Made by a program: the position numbers and the translations under genes. The notes under the pieces were generated by a model. That model was not told the DNA's origin and ran no database searches. It saw only the letters and a program-made list of their open reading frames with translations. From Psilocybe cubensis (taxonomy: Eukaryota), in assembly GCA_017499595.2 (NCBI GenBank), contig CM039007.1:372001-436000 (forward strand): DNA of 64,000 nucleotides, in the 5' to 3' direction. Shown here piece by piece: positions 35,421-48,200 of the stretch (position 1 is the stretch's first letter; every line of letters begins with the position of its first letter).

Positions 35421-38351
35421 CTACTCCAACGCTTCGACATCCTCCTCGTCGTTCCTACCCATATCCAGTTTGCGCTTTTGTCCAGGCATGGCCTTTCCAC
35501 CGCCATAGCCAACACCAGCTTTCTTCCTGAGCACCTCGATGTCCTGCTCTGCCTCCTCGGCCCACTCCAGAACCAAATGTCGTCCGAGGAAATGGGTATG
35601 ACGAAGCGTATTGTACGCATTCTCAGCTTCATGCCGTGACACAAACTCGAGGAATGCAAAGCCGCGTGAGCGCGAGTCGAATTTCTTCGGAAGGCGCACA
35701 GATTTGAGATGACCATGAGCACTAGAAAAGGAATTGAGTCTAGCAAAAATGAATAATAATGAAAAGAAACGCACCCAAACAGATCCCGCATGTCCTTCTT
35801 CGTCGCCTCGAATGGCACATTCTTCACAATCATCTTCGTCGTCCTGCTCTTCCCTGCATCGACCTTGCCTTTCTTTTCAGCCTCAGCCTCTTCCGCACCT
35901 CTACCAGCGAAGGAGACATGCAGCGCATGACCATCTAGCACAAACCCTTGTACACTCTTAAGAGCCTTCTTGGCGCTCTCGGGATCCTTGAAGCCCAAGA
36001 ACCCATATCCCATGCTGAGACGCCCATCCGGCCGTTTGGGATCCGGCTTTGTCTGCACCCGCGCAAAGGAGAACGAAGGCAGATGTGAAAACACCTTTAC
36101 GAGCCGTTCCTGCGTCGTGGAGAATGCCAAGTTCTTGACGTACAACGTTGACCCGCCTGCGATCGACGGTTCTTCCACATCGTCCGTATCGTCTGCTGCT
36201 CCCACTTGTTCTGGAATGCGCACGGCGTGTGCAGCTGTTGTCGTAGGTGCCGATGCTGTGCCTTTGGTAGGTGGCACGAATCCCTCTATGAACATCCCTA
36301 GCGGGCCTTTCTCGAGATACACCACCGAGTTCCCGAGCCGTCTATACGCAACCGCCCTGAATGCTTTCGCCGCCTCATCCGGTTTCTCAAAGTCCACCAC
36401 GGCCATCGTCCCAGCAGGAGGAATCAGCACGCGGGCAAGTTCGCCATGAGGCTCAAACATCTCTCTAATCTGCTCTTCAGACGTCCCGTAAGGAATGTTC
36501 TTGACCAGGATCGTCGTATCTGAACGTGCTTTAGAACTGAATGCAGATAGCAATACACCTTGAGACTCGAGGTACGACTTTGTTTCCTGGATGATATGTG
36601 TTTCGGCGAGAGCCAGCTTCACAGCGGCATTATCCCCACTTTCTGGATTCAAGATCTCCGATTTATCGATATTCATTCGTGCGGCGATTGAAGAAGCAAC
36701 AGCATCACTCTAGAGAAAAAAGAAATGGACAAAAAGAAATTTTATTGGAATGTGTTACAAAAATTGTATAAGCTAGAAAGCTACGTACATTCATGTACAA
36801 CATGCTCCAGTTAAACTCCTGTCCCGCCATCGCCTTCCTCTTCTGGTTTTTCTCTTCCTTTAAACTCTTTTTATGACCTTCACCCTCTTGTACCTCTGGC
36901 TTTCCCTTCCTATCAACAGCCGCAAGGATGTGGAGCAGACGCCCCTGGAACGATCTCTTGTCAAGAGCCTCGTAGGCGGCTAGGGCATCAGTGGGTTTAG
37001 CGAAAGTGACATAAGCGAGTCCTTTATGCTGCTTCGTAGTTGGGTCGCGAGGAGTGTGTATCTAAAGAAAGATAGAATATGATTAGAAATGTCGTTGAAG
37101 AATAATCATAATCATCAAAAAAAAATCAGAAATATTTCTACTATCGGTTTTCCCAAAGGATCAACATGCCCGAAGGTCTGATGTCCCTATTTGGTTTATG
37201 CATCTTGGAAAGCAAAAAGAATGGAAAAGAATGTTTACCTAGAAGGAAAATAATGAGTTAGCGAGCGAGTTCGATGCATAAAAGTAGAAGAGAATAGGAA
37301 AGGATCAGAATAAATTTCTACTATCGGTATTCCACAAGGATCAACATTCCCGAAGGTCTGATGTCCCTATTTATGTGTCATCTTGTCGAAATTGCGTACG
37401 CAAAAGGAGGACGAACAGAAATAAACCGAGTCTCACCTGAGATATTTGTCCAAAGGGTTCGAATAGCTCTCTAAGCTCTTCGTCAGTACATGAAAAAGCC
37501 AAGTTACGGACAAAAAGTCGCGCTGTCTGGAGAATAGTTTCTTTAGTTGGGTCAACGGGTTTAGAAGCATCGGCGGTCGCAGGTTGAGTGCCCTGCTTCG
37601 AAATGGAAATAAAATTAGACAAAAACCTTCACAGAGAAACAACTCATGCGAACACCTACCTTTTGAGATTCAATTGCATTGACAGGCTTTCCCCCATCCT
37701 CTTCGTCTTGTTCAAAGACTCTCTCCTCAACAACTTCGTCAACGACAGCAGCAGACATTCTCTGGCGCATCCACTCTATGTCTGACATGGTACCTTGAGC
37801 CTCGGCATCTTCGGGGGCAGGTACAACTGAAGGCGTAGGCTCAGCTGGCATAATCGGAACAGGAGTAGCGGCCTCATTCGCCCATGCAGGCCCTTTCTTC
37901 TTCTCCATGAGTTTCATGAATTCCTCACGGTTCTTGTCGCTCTTCATAGGTGACTTCTGGTCTTTTGTGACTGACGATGGAGTAGTGGAATCGGAGTATG
38001 ATGTTGAGGGGTCCAGGCGCTGTCGTTTCCGGGGTCTAGGAGCGTCTGCTGCACCCTGTTGGATATTGAGCAACTATACAATATATAAAGAGAAAAAAAG
38101 CGCACCTCAGAAAAGCTAACATTAATTCTTGTCGAATCAATAAACGTCCTGTCAAACCATTTCTGCGCCTTCTGTGCTTCTGCCTCCGACTTGAATCCAA
38201 CGAATCCAAAACGTCTTGACGTGCCATCTGACTTTGAAGAGACTTTCACATCGGTGAGGGTCCCGCCTGGGCCTCCCTTCTGCTCAAAGTGCTCCCGGAG
38301 TCTCGCTGGCGTCACATACACCGGTAAATTTTTGATAATGAGGCGAGACAT
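35421..38351 (-). CDS. MRD1: Multiple-RRM pre-rRNA processing protein Mrd1 (RBM19 ortholog)
   Basis: MSRLIIKNLP..SRRFGFVGFK; TARLFVRNL; FQGRLLHIL; FNWSMLYMN; AAVKLALAETHII; TILVKNIP; LSMGYGFLGF; IVKNVPFEAT; HFLGRHLVLEWA. Confidence 0.95.
37126..37206 (-). ncRNA. snR64: Box C/D snoRNA, snR64/SNORD74-like, copy in the 3' half of the MRD1 intron (box C to box D coordinates)
   Basis: Minus strand: variant box C AAGAUGC, guide AUAGGGACA, D' CAGA, CC-UUCG-GG stem, C' AUGUUGA, GAUAGUAGA, box D CUGA. The guide is antisense to conserved LSU rRNA UGUCCCUAU. Confidence 0.8.
37231..37262 (-). other. Candidate recursive splice site / zero-length exon
   Basis: Minus strand GCTAAC branch point (37262-37257), pyrimidine tract, TAG (AG = 37240-37239) directly followed by the donor-like GTAAAC (GT = 37238-37237). 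Confidence 0.7.
37305..37384 (-). ncRNA. snR64: Box C/D snoRNA, snR64/SNORD74-like, copy in the 5' half of the MRD1 intron (box C to box D coordinates)
   Basis: Minus strand: variant box C AAGAUGA, the same guide, D', UUCG hairpin, C', second antisense element and box D as the other copy. Confidence 0.8.
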
Positions 38352-38568
38352 CGACACAGACGTCTTTAATGGCGATTAGCTATGGAAAAAACCAAACAGA
38401 AGGAGAACAACAAAATACGGACCTGGGAGATTTGTTCAGAAGAAAAAATGCACGGAATTTATACGCTTGACCCTATTTTAGACTCCGATCGGGTATCGCC
38501 GTCTGCCCACGCGCGTGCTATCAATCGTCCTGAATCAGCTGCACACCACCTCAGTCTCGGCGAGTTCA

Positions 38569-39481
38569 ATGGCTACCGCGAAACCTAAAACAGTTTTCTC
38601 AGACGAGAAAAATCCTAGAGGAATTCCAAAAGCGCCCTTTATTGTGAGGATGTTCAATCTATAACCCATGTTTGCAACTGATTAAAAAACTTACAAAACA
38701 GGCAGATGTCGAAGAATACATAGGCAGCCCTGACGCCAGCATCGAGTCAACGATGAAAGTCTTCCAAGATGCACTGGCGTACGCGTTTTCTCGAACTATG
38801 TTAATTTATCACCTCAATGAAACATGATTTCCTTCCGGAAGCTCAGCAAGTACCGATTCATGGACTCCAGCCTAACCCAGCGACGCGCGAGCCTTGAGCA
38901 GAAAATCCCGGATATTCGCAAGACGTTGGACATGGTTGAATATCTTCAAGAACGAAGAGTATGTATCTATTTTAACTCGTGATATTGATTGTTGATGACG
39001 ATCAACTATCGTTCCAGGAGGGCAAAAGTAAAGCCAAAGACGACGAGGACGACCTCGACGATCTTGATGATGAAGAAGAGGGCGATGCTGCGAAACCTCT
39101 TACCACGACATTCGAGCTAAACGACACGTTATACGCTGAAGCTGAGCTCGAAGATACGGATACTGTATATCTATGGCTAGGGGTACGTCTGCATTTCCAC
39201 AGCACATTGCGCATTTCGATCTCACATCAATAAACTTTCAGGCCAACGTCATGCTGTCCTACAAAATTCCAGCAGCCATCACTCTATTAAAGTCCAAACT
39301 AGACGCTGCACAGACAAGTCTGGACAACACGATCGAAGACCTCGAATTTCTACGAGAGCAACTCACGATCATGGAAGTCAATACCGCGCGCCTTTACAAC
39401 TGGGACGTCAAGCGCAGACGGGAGAAGCGCGAAAGGGAACAAAAAGCTGTAACTGCAACTTCCACTGTAGTCACAAAATGA
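38569..39481 (+). CDS. PAC10: Prefoldin subunit 3 (Gim2/Pac10/VBP1)
   Basis: NPRGIPKAPFI; KIPDIRKTL; TTFELNDTLYAEA; VYLWLG|ANVMLSY; DLEFLREQLTIMEVNTARLYNWDVK. Divergent from MRD1, with 217 bp between the start codons. Confidence 0.95.
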
Positions 39482-39829
39482 GATCGGGAGGCTTTGCATA
39501 CTCCAATGTAAACTATCGCCGTTTCTCGACCTATTTATCATTATACTCTTCCTGCTCCTATGTTTCATCACGGGGTTGAATCCAAGCTCAGAAGGATACT
39601 TGCAGTTAGAGAGCTCATACTGAATGAAATCCCGGGCGATACAAATCCCTACATAATACCATATGTAAATTTGTAAATTACACTCCGGTGAAGAAAATTG
39701 TCCGGAGAGTTTTTATACCCCTTTCAATGTGCCTTCATGTTCTGCAAACTTCGCTCTCAAAAGTTCAGTCACGTTGCAAAAGCTTACACACCGCCCAAGA
39801 CATAGCGGCTGCTTATTGGTCGTTACTAG

Positions 39830-41019
39830 CACGATGGGCACCTAACTGTCATGTGGCTATCTAACATGTTAGCTAGGTTGTTGCCATAATATTGTACTAT
39901 GTTAATTGTCATGTAATTGTCATGTTAACTGTTGGTTAACTGTCATGTTTTTTGAGTCACACTCTGTCTTGTCACTCAAGACCATGGGGTCCAGTAGATA
40001 CATATCCGGTTGACTTGGGGGAAAAATGAAAGGACATGTAGAGTGTATATATTAACACTGCACCACCTGGCCAATATTAAACACTAGGGGCATTGGCTTA
40101 AGAAAACAGTAATTTGTCTGAATTTTTTTGATTGATCAAGTTGCAATTAAATTTCAAGATTTATTGACAATAAAATTCATGTGGTGCACATCATGGCGGT
40201 ATTTGAATCCATCAATACCCATGCCGAACGGCCGTTCTCAAAGGTATTAATCATGCTCGCTAGAATCCCCCTATTCATATCAATTTCTTCCAATATGGCG
40301 CGTACTCGCGCGTTAGAGAGACAGCATGCACCTACTAGATATCAGCAAAATAAGGACAAGAATCTCACTTCCTGGGAAAAAATGGCAATTTTCCTCATTA
40401 ACGATGCAAAAACGGTCGACCAGCAAATAGTCGCAACCATGTTCTCACATCTCGCAAACTAAGATTGGAAATCACGTCGATTACAGGCTGAGAGGCTTTC
40501 TATAGATGGGTGTGATCGTTGACAGAATGCGCACCTTGCCAGGCATTGGAAAACATAGCTGAAAACGCGCGCAAAGAGGAGACGCGCCGCGAAATAAAGA
40601 CGCGTTTCGACGCGTCAAAGCTCCTTGACTACGCCGTTGCTGCGGTCGGCATGTTGGCCGCTTTTAAGCTCATTCAAACTCAGAAAAGCACACCAACAGT
40701 ATATACCACATGAATTTTACTACCAAGAACGTCAGCTAAACTGTTCCACATGGTTTTAAAAATTAAACAACATCGTAAAAAAGAGAATTGAGTAGCACTA
40801 TTGTCCCCAAGTCGACCGGTTATGTAACTGCCAGTTTGGGACTTGAAGACTATTCACGGTTCACAGAGACTTACTGGGTCTTGAGTGACAAGGTAGAGTG
40901 TGACCCAAAAAACATGACAGTTAACATGACAATTACATGACAATTAACATAGTACAATATTATGGCAACAACCTAGCTAACATGTTAGATAGCCACATGA
41001 CAGTTAGGTGCCCATCGTG
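39830..41019. mobile_element. 1190-bp non-autonomous DNA transposon, CACG termini, 3-bp TSD; CMC/CACTA-like
   Basis: The first 103 bp of the TIRs are identical (CACGATGGGCACCTAACTGTCATG...), then an 11-nt indel and ~40 more matching bp. TAG TSD at 39827-39829 and 41020-41022. Repeated TGTCATGT subterminal motif. Confidence 0.93.
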
Positions 41020-41304
41020 TAGGCCATTACCTACATGCCATGACCGCTTCGATTCACCCAGTCACTTATCTGACAAACGGTGCGAAAGTTCCTGATCCGA
41101 CGTGGAGGGATGGGCCAAGATAGAAGCCAATCCGGATGCAACAATCCACGCCTCGCCTAACCCAAATGAAGATTCCAGAATCCGTATGTAAAATCCAATG
41201 TGCCTATTTTCGTTCACGAGGAGCTGGTGGGGTATATAACATCTAATCACCCTTCCAGTTCCGCTTTGCCCCTCTCTAGAAGCCCACCCTTTCACTGACC
41301 TGAC

Positions 41305-43829
41305 ATGACGACCCTCGACGATACAACCTCCAAGACAAGGGGTAACGCCTCTGACGACATCCATGATGAAAAATCCCCAATCGATATGGCAGAAAAAGAT
41401 TCACATACGACGTACAGCTCTACTGAGAATTTGTACCAAGATGACGCTTTGGAGCCAGTGTATTATGCCAAAACGTTGATTCTGAACCGGGCAATTGAAG
41501 AGATTGGGATGGGCAAATATCAGGTGCGTCACTTCAGGTTTGAACTGAATGTTGAGGACGTTTTGAAAGCTAATTCTCATCCTTCTCTCCAAGTACATGC
41601 TATTCCTCGTATCCGGCTTCGGGTGGTTTGCGTAAGAATTCACCTAACATACCCCTGCAAACATGGACTCAATTGACAATCGTTGTTTCGTGCAACAGCG
41701 ATAGCGTATGGCCGGTATGTCGTCCGACCTCAATTCGACTATTTACACAGTGACTCACACGATCTTTATTTTCATGCCTATCTCAACACAATTTTATAGC
41801 TAATAACAGGCCTGATCTTGACACCCGTAGTCGACGAGTTCGGATTCAATCCCCCATTCCTCAGTCTTGCTGTAAACGCAGGCCTTCTTGTGGGGGCTGT
41901 ATTCTGGGGTCTAGGTTGCGACGTTTGGGGAAGACGGTTCGTACTCGCTCGATCCATCTTCCAGACCTGGAATTGACACGTTTCTCTCGGACCATCTCAC
42001 TTGCATGCCACGTAATTTTTCCATATCTGCAGATGGTGCTTCAACATTACATTGCTCCTTGCTGGTGTATTCGGTCTAGCCGCAGGAGGCGCGTCGAATT
42101 TTATCACCTTGGCGTCGTTGCTCGCCGTCATGGGCGTAGGAGTTGGAGGTAAATTTTGTATCGCACCTCGCATATTCATATGAAGCTCAATATCGCAAAT
42201 TTAACTTGCAGGTAATCTACCTATAGATTCAGCGGTCTTTTTAGGTCAGTAATTCGCAACCCTACGGTAATCGCGGTAAAAAATGATGACTTCGTTAACC
42301 TTTGCCGAACCAGACTTCGTTCCTGCATCCCGCCAATTCCTCCTCACATTCATGTCCATATTCTGGTGCCTCGGACAGCTCGTCGTCAACCTTGTAAGAT
42401 ATAACTTCGTTATCTCTAATAAATTACGCTCACCCATCGCTTTTTCTCTCCTAGCTCGCCTGGCCACTCATAGCAAACTTTTCTTGCCCCGTGGCAACGC
42501 CCACATCTCCACCATGTACCCGTTCAGCTAACATGGGCTGGCGCTATTTGCTTTTCACCCTCGGTGGGCTCACCCTCCTCCTCTGGGCCATTCGTTTTTT
42601 CGTCTTCGAGCTCGCTGAAAGTCCACGGTACCTCATCGGCAAAGGACGTGATGCGGAGGCAGTGATGATCATACACAAGATAGCTGCGTATAACGGCACA
42701 ACGAGCACATTGACCGTCGACCAACTTGCGGCTGTCGGTGGCGGGGAGTTCTCCGACAAACAACAGGAAACGAAGGCTGAAGGTAAAAAGTTGTCGTTGA
42801 CCCGCACTTCCGACTTTACTCTGGGACATATCAAATCTCTATTCCGGACGAGGAAAATTGCTTATTCTACATCTCTGTTGATATCCGTATGGGGTGCGTC
42901 TGGTGTTCTTTGATATTTGATGTTCTATAACCAGCTTTGACTAATGCATTTGCAGGTATAATTGGCCTTGCTTCGACTTTGTACAACAATTTCCTATCTT
43001 TCCTGTAAGTACTCACTCTTCTTGAAATCCTCTGGGTGTATGGTTACTTACTAACTGAATAAATGACAGATTGAACAGCAAAGGGGCACATTTCGACGAT
43101 GCAACCCTCAACATCACTTATCGCAACGTACGTGCTCCCTGAATGAGTGCCAGGCGAATATTTACTTACGGATAATTGTATCAATTATGCATAGTCCTTC
43201 ATTTTGAGTGTCGTAGGTATCCCCGCTGCGTTCTTCGCCACATGGCTCGTCGAGATCCCCCAACTGGGACGACGAGGTGCCTTGGCCGTATCCGCAGGTA
43301 ACTCACAATCCACTACCCCATCCATGTATCCATGAAGATTAAATAACTCCTCATAAGCTCTTACTGGTGCCTTCCTCTTCGCCACCACCACTGCACGAAC
43401 CTCGAACGCACTTTTGGGGTGGAACTGTGGTTACTCATTCTTCAGCAACGTAAGTCCCATCCACACTTTACCGTATCCCACGAAGCTTAAATATCCCCCC
43501 CTTGCCGTCTTGAAACTGACAGGTCATGTACGGTATTCTGTATGCCATCTCCCCCGAGATCTTCCCTGGCAAAGATCGAGGCACAGGCAACGGTCTGACA
43601 GCAGCAGCGACCAGAGTGTTCGGGCTCATCGTACGTGATGGTTTTCTAGAACAAGTTCGACAAATTCTAAATACACACCTTCCTTCTTTCATACCAGGCA
43701 CCCATCATCGCATTGTACGCCGATATTACAACATCCGTCCCTGTGTACATCGCAGGAGCTTTGATCATCTTCTCTGGATCTCTGGCTCTATTGATCCCAT
43801 ACGAACCTCGAGGCAAAGCTGCCATGTAA
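41305..43829 (+). CDS. MFS transporter (SV2/sugar-porter-like), multi-intron
   Basis: IGMGKYQ; GCDVWGRR; GVGG|NLPIDSAVFL; GWRYLLFTLG; ESPRYL; YAISPEIFPGKDRGTGNG; stop at 43829. Confidence 0.9.
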
Positions 43830-44352
43830 AATCCACAAAGGATTTAGAACACTATTTGCCATGTCAGATAGAAATTATTTCAGTTTTACTTTGGGATTAA
43901 GGGGTGTTGTGCAATACCATTAGACGTTATAACCATGATTGACGAAATTCAAGAGTACGTTGTCGAATCGGAGAAATAACGCTTAAGAGAAAAAATAATG
44001 GGTATTGGAAAATCGAATGGTTACAGAGAAGAATGTATAGACGCAGTGGGAGATCACAAATGTGATCAAAAAATCCGAGAGTTAGAAATAAAGAGCTTGA
44101 AAGGTTCAGAAAATAGAGAGATACGAGATGATAAAGTAGGAGGATGAGGGGTATTACGGATAGAGCAGAATAAGAAAAAAAAGTGTGTAAAAAAGCTAAC
44201 AATAGTTTGATAGAGATAGAGTGACCGGGCAAAAAAGCATAACCTGATCGACACAAGTTGTGAAACGATCTTAAAGTATAAGAAGAAAACATAGAAAAGA
44301 GACGAAAAACGATCAACGGAATAAAAAGAAAACATAGAAAATTTTAAAACGT

Positions 44353-45208
44353 TCAAGCTATACCTCCATCCCAACTCGCCCTCTTTCTCTTATTGTCGCT
44401 GCGAAGCATGAGGTCCTGTGGACAGACAGCGCTCTGGCTCTGGCCCCTATGATGGCTCATTGATCTCCCAAGAGTCCCATTTCCCGAGCGGTGTGGTTGT
44501 TTACGACTCCTAATAGTCCCGTCCTTGTTCGAACCCCCTCCACCATCCTCGGCACCACCGTGCCCATCAACAGTCGCACCTACGATCCCCAACTCGCTGA
44601 GCTCCCCGTTTACAGTGGACACCGTCTGCGAAGGCGCCACGAACCGTGCAGGGATCGGCGTTTTCTCCCTACCCATACCGCGCTGCCTGATCGTTCCCAC
44701 AGGGGAGGGGTTGAACCCTCTCAGCGACGCGCCCAGGTTCATATTGAAGCTTCCAAAGCCGGCACCGTTAGCACCGAACAGAGACGACGAGGACGACACA
44801 GCCGTTTGAGCCAGATCTAACGCTAGACCTTGTCTTGCTTCTGAATAATCCTCTAGCGTCACATCTAGCCCACCGCCTAAGCCATGGTGGTTGTTCAGCG
44901 CACCGTACTGAGAATGATGATGGCCCGGGGCATGCGTGTAATCCGTGTGCAGATCTAGGAACGATAAGTTGTATGGGAAGACATTCCGCCATATTTCGTT
45001 ATTGAGGTTCTGTTCGTTCATATTCATATGGACGGAGTGGCCAATGCCAATGCCATGCTCTTGATGAGCGGCGGCGGCGGATGCAGAATTTGATGATGGC
45101 GAAAGAATTGACGGGGACGATGGCGAAAGGAGGTTGTTCGTATACACAGAACCCGTAGCCTGTTGTTGCTGTTGCTGTTGCTGATGATGTTGTTGCTGTT
45201 GCTGATGA

Positions 45209-45240
<32 letters not shown>

Positions 45241-48200
45241 TTGTTGTTGAATCTGCTGCTGAACACTACCATTCTGCTGCTGTCGCAGAACCGGCGACAT
45301 GGGCGGCTGCATCGAACCAGTGCTATTGGCCAACCTCATCGGCTCCGACGCCTTATGCCTCTGTTGCGCGATAAGTCCATGTCCATGGCCGTTGCCACTG
45401 ACAGGAGACGACAGATGCGGGTTGAAAAACGCGTGCAGCGTCCGTGCAGACTCGGCCAACTGTTGTTGCTGCAGATCTACGGGGGCATGCATACTGTGCA
45501 GGCCGACATCGTCCATCGACATCGGTATTCCGCCGCCGAGAAACACGTTTCGCGCCTCAGAGGGTGGGACGGAGATGGATCTTGCGTGATGTCCACCACC
45601 ACCACCACCGCCTCCTGTAAGTGGGCTATCGAAACTGTGCATCATCGTCCCAGAGGCCCGCCTCATCGGCCGCGGCTGCGTCAACACGGGTGTGGCTGGT
45701 GGCGTTGTATGGAGCTCATTCATATCCACAAGATCATCCAGCCCAAACGAATCCGAGCTGAGCGAGTTGTCCAAATCAACCGAATTAGCCTCCTCCTCTT
45801 CCTGGAGACTCCTCATCTGCTGCTGCTGCTGCTGCTGCTGAAGTTGTGCCTTTTCCGGTGAATGCGGGATCCCAAACGCCATCTCCATCATAACAGCATC
45901 TTGCTCGTCATCGTTATTCCCAGTACCTGCACCTCCGACCCCATCTCTCCTTCCATCATCCATCGCATCGCCCCCATTTCCAGACGCAGTCGACGCACCG
46001 GAGCTCGAATCCACACGGTCGTTCAACGAAATACCCGTCAGCCCAAGCTCATCAATCGCCGCCAAACTCGTCGAGTGCGAATGCCCGTGTCCATGTCCAT
46101 GTCCATGCAACTGCATCGGATGAATACCCTCCAGCCCCAACCCTGAAATCTCCCCGTTCTGCCCCGCGCCGCCGAACCCAGCCCCAGCACCCCCATATGC
46201 CGCCCCCGACGAGAGCGACAGCGGGAGAAACGCGGCGGCGAACGACGACGGCTGCTGGTGCATACGCGCGCCGCCCGAGATGAGGTCGCCCGCAATCTGC
46301 GAATGGTACCCCTTCGACGTGCCGCTCGCACCGCCCAGGCCCAGCCCGAGCCCAAACTCGCCCGAAAACGTCGTGTGCGCGTCGCCGTGCCCCACCTCCG
46401 ACGAGTTGCTGTCGGGCATGTACGGTGGGAAGAGGTCGTACCGGTCGAGCACGTCGTGGTTCAGATGCGGGTGGAAGGAGAATGGCGAGGCGGGCGAGAA
46501 GCTCGAGGCGTCGATGTACGACGATGACGAGGCGCTGCTGCTTGCGTTCCCGCCGTTTCCGCTGTCCAGCCGCGGATTAGGCGAGAACCAGTCGTTGGTG
46601 CCCCAAGCGCTCTTCCCGATCATGTTTCCCATGTTGTGCGAGCCGGGAATGTCAGTACGTCTGTGGATGAAAGGTGACGAGGCGCTTGATGCACTGTTGC
46701 TCGTGGCATTGCCGGTCAAGAAAAAGTCTGAGACGTGGCTAGAAGTCGGTGACGCAGCGGCTGTGGACCATGCAGCTGTAGACGAGTGAGTTGGAGTGTT
46801 GAGTCCAGACGACCAGGTCTCCATGTCGGAATGTGTATGATTCGGGAGGAAGTCGGGGATGTTCAGCGGGTCCGTATCGACGAGCACGAGATCCATGTCC
46901 TCATCCTCAGGTCCATCATTGTATTCAGTCGGTTGGGAGACAGGAGCCGACGTAGTAGTCGATGGGGCAGTTGTATTTGAAGAAGCAGACCCCGAAGTCG
47001 AAATCACCGGCGCACTGACAGACGTAGTACCCTTCACGGGCCTTTTCATCTTCGACCCCGCCCTAAAATCATGATTTCCATCCACAAACACTGGCAACGG
47101 TGGAGTCTTAAACACCCTTCGCGAGCTCTCGCTCTCCTCCTCCCCTCCCGAACTGTCCTCATCCTCCGAACACGCCGTGCTCTGTGGGACACTCTTCGTA
47201 CCGCCTCTCAGGAGCCCCTGACTCGTATGCGCCCTCCTTCGACTCCTCACCGGTCCAGCGGTCGCCAGCTGATCATCGGCCGCCCTCATAACCTGCGGCG
47301 CACCATCCAAATTATCCTTATCCCGCTTCTTGCTCGCTGCCGCCGTGCGCGGTTTGTACCCCGCCGCTTGATAGAGCATCGGGAAAGCATTGCGGAACCG
47401 GTCACGCAGATCTGTCGAGCGCCGGTTCTGCTCCTGGAAGATCGGGTCTTTGACAATCGTCGCCCACGTCGTGCCGTGTTTCTCATAGCCTGCCTTCAGT
47501 GCGCGGTCCTCCGCCTCTGTGAATGGCCTCCTCCGCTTACTGCGTGTTTTCTCGAAGAGGGAGGTTCCATCCGCAAAGGTCGAACGAATCTTGCTGGAAA
47601 GGTGTGTGCGTGCATTCGGGTAGTGTTTCTTGTATGCATCAGGGAAGTAGGTCCGGAATCTACAGCCCCAATACATTGTAAGCGTCATATGTTAGTCATT
47701 AAAAAATAAAGCGTGCCTGTCTTTAAGATCCACGGCTGAGCGATCATGAAATGTGAATTCAGGGTCTTGTAGAATAGTTTTCCAGTTTCCAACGCCATGC
47801 TTGGATTCCGTTGAATACGAACACAAGGGAGGAAAGCATATAACATGAACTCACCTTATTGCACCCGTCAACCAGCATCTGCGTCTCCTCCGAAGACCAT
47901 TTCTTCCTAGGTTTCTTCTCCAGAACCAAAGCCGAGTCGTCGCTGTTCTGCGTCGGGTCAATCTTCCGCATCTTGCCCTTCTTCTCCGGCAGCCCGTCGG
48001 TGGGCGGCGTCGTCGTCTCTGAAGGTGATCCTGCCAACGGCGAACTCGCAGCGGTATTAGCTGACGTAGCCTTCCCCGCCGCCGTCGTAACACTCGCATC
48101 CTCCGAAGCCTGTGGCTGTAACCCCATTTCGTCTCTGAAGCTCCATGGCTTGACAATACGAGGCGACGAGGGCGAGGCCAGCGACACCCGGCGGTGCTTC

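Noticed and set aside
37134-37372. Repeated ~58-bp unit as a CRISPR array or hammerhead ribozyme
   Set aside because: Eukaryotic context with only two copies. CTGATGT lacks the CUGANGA/GAAA core. Box C/D architecture with rRNA complementarity explains it.
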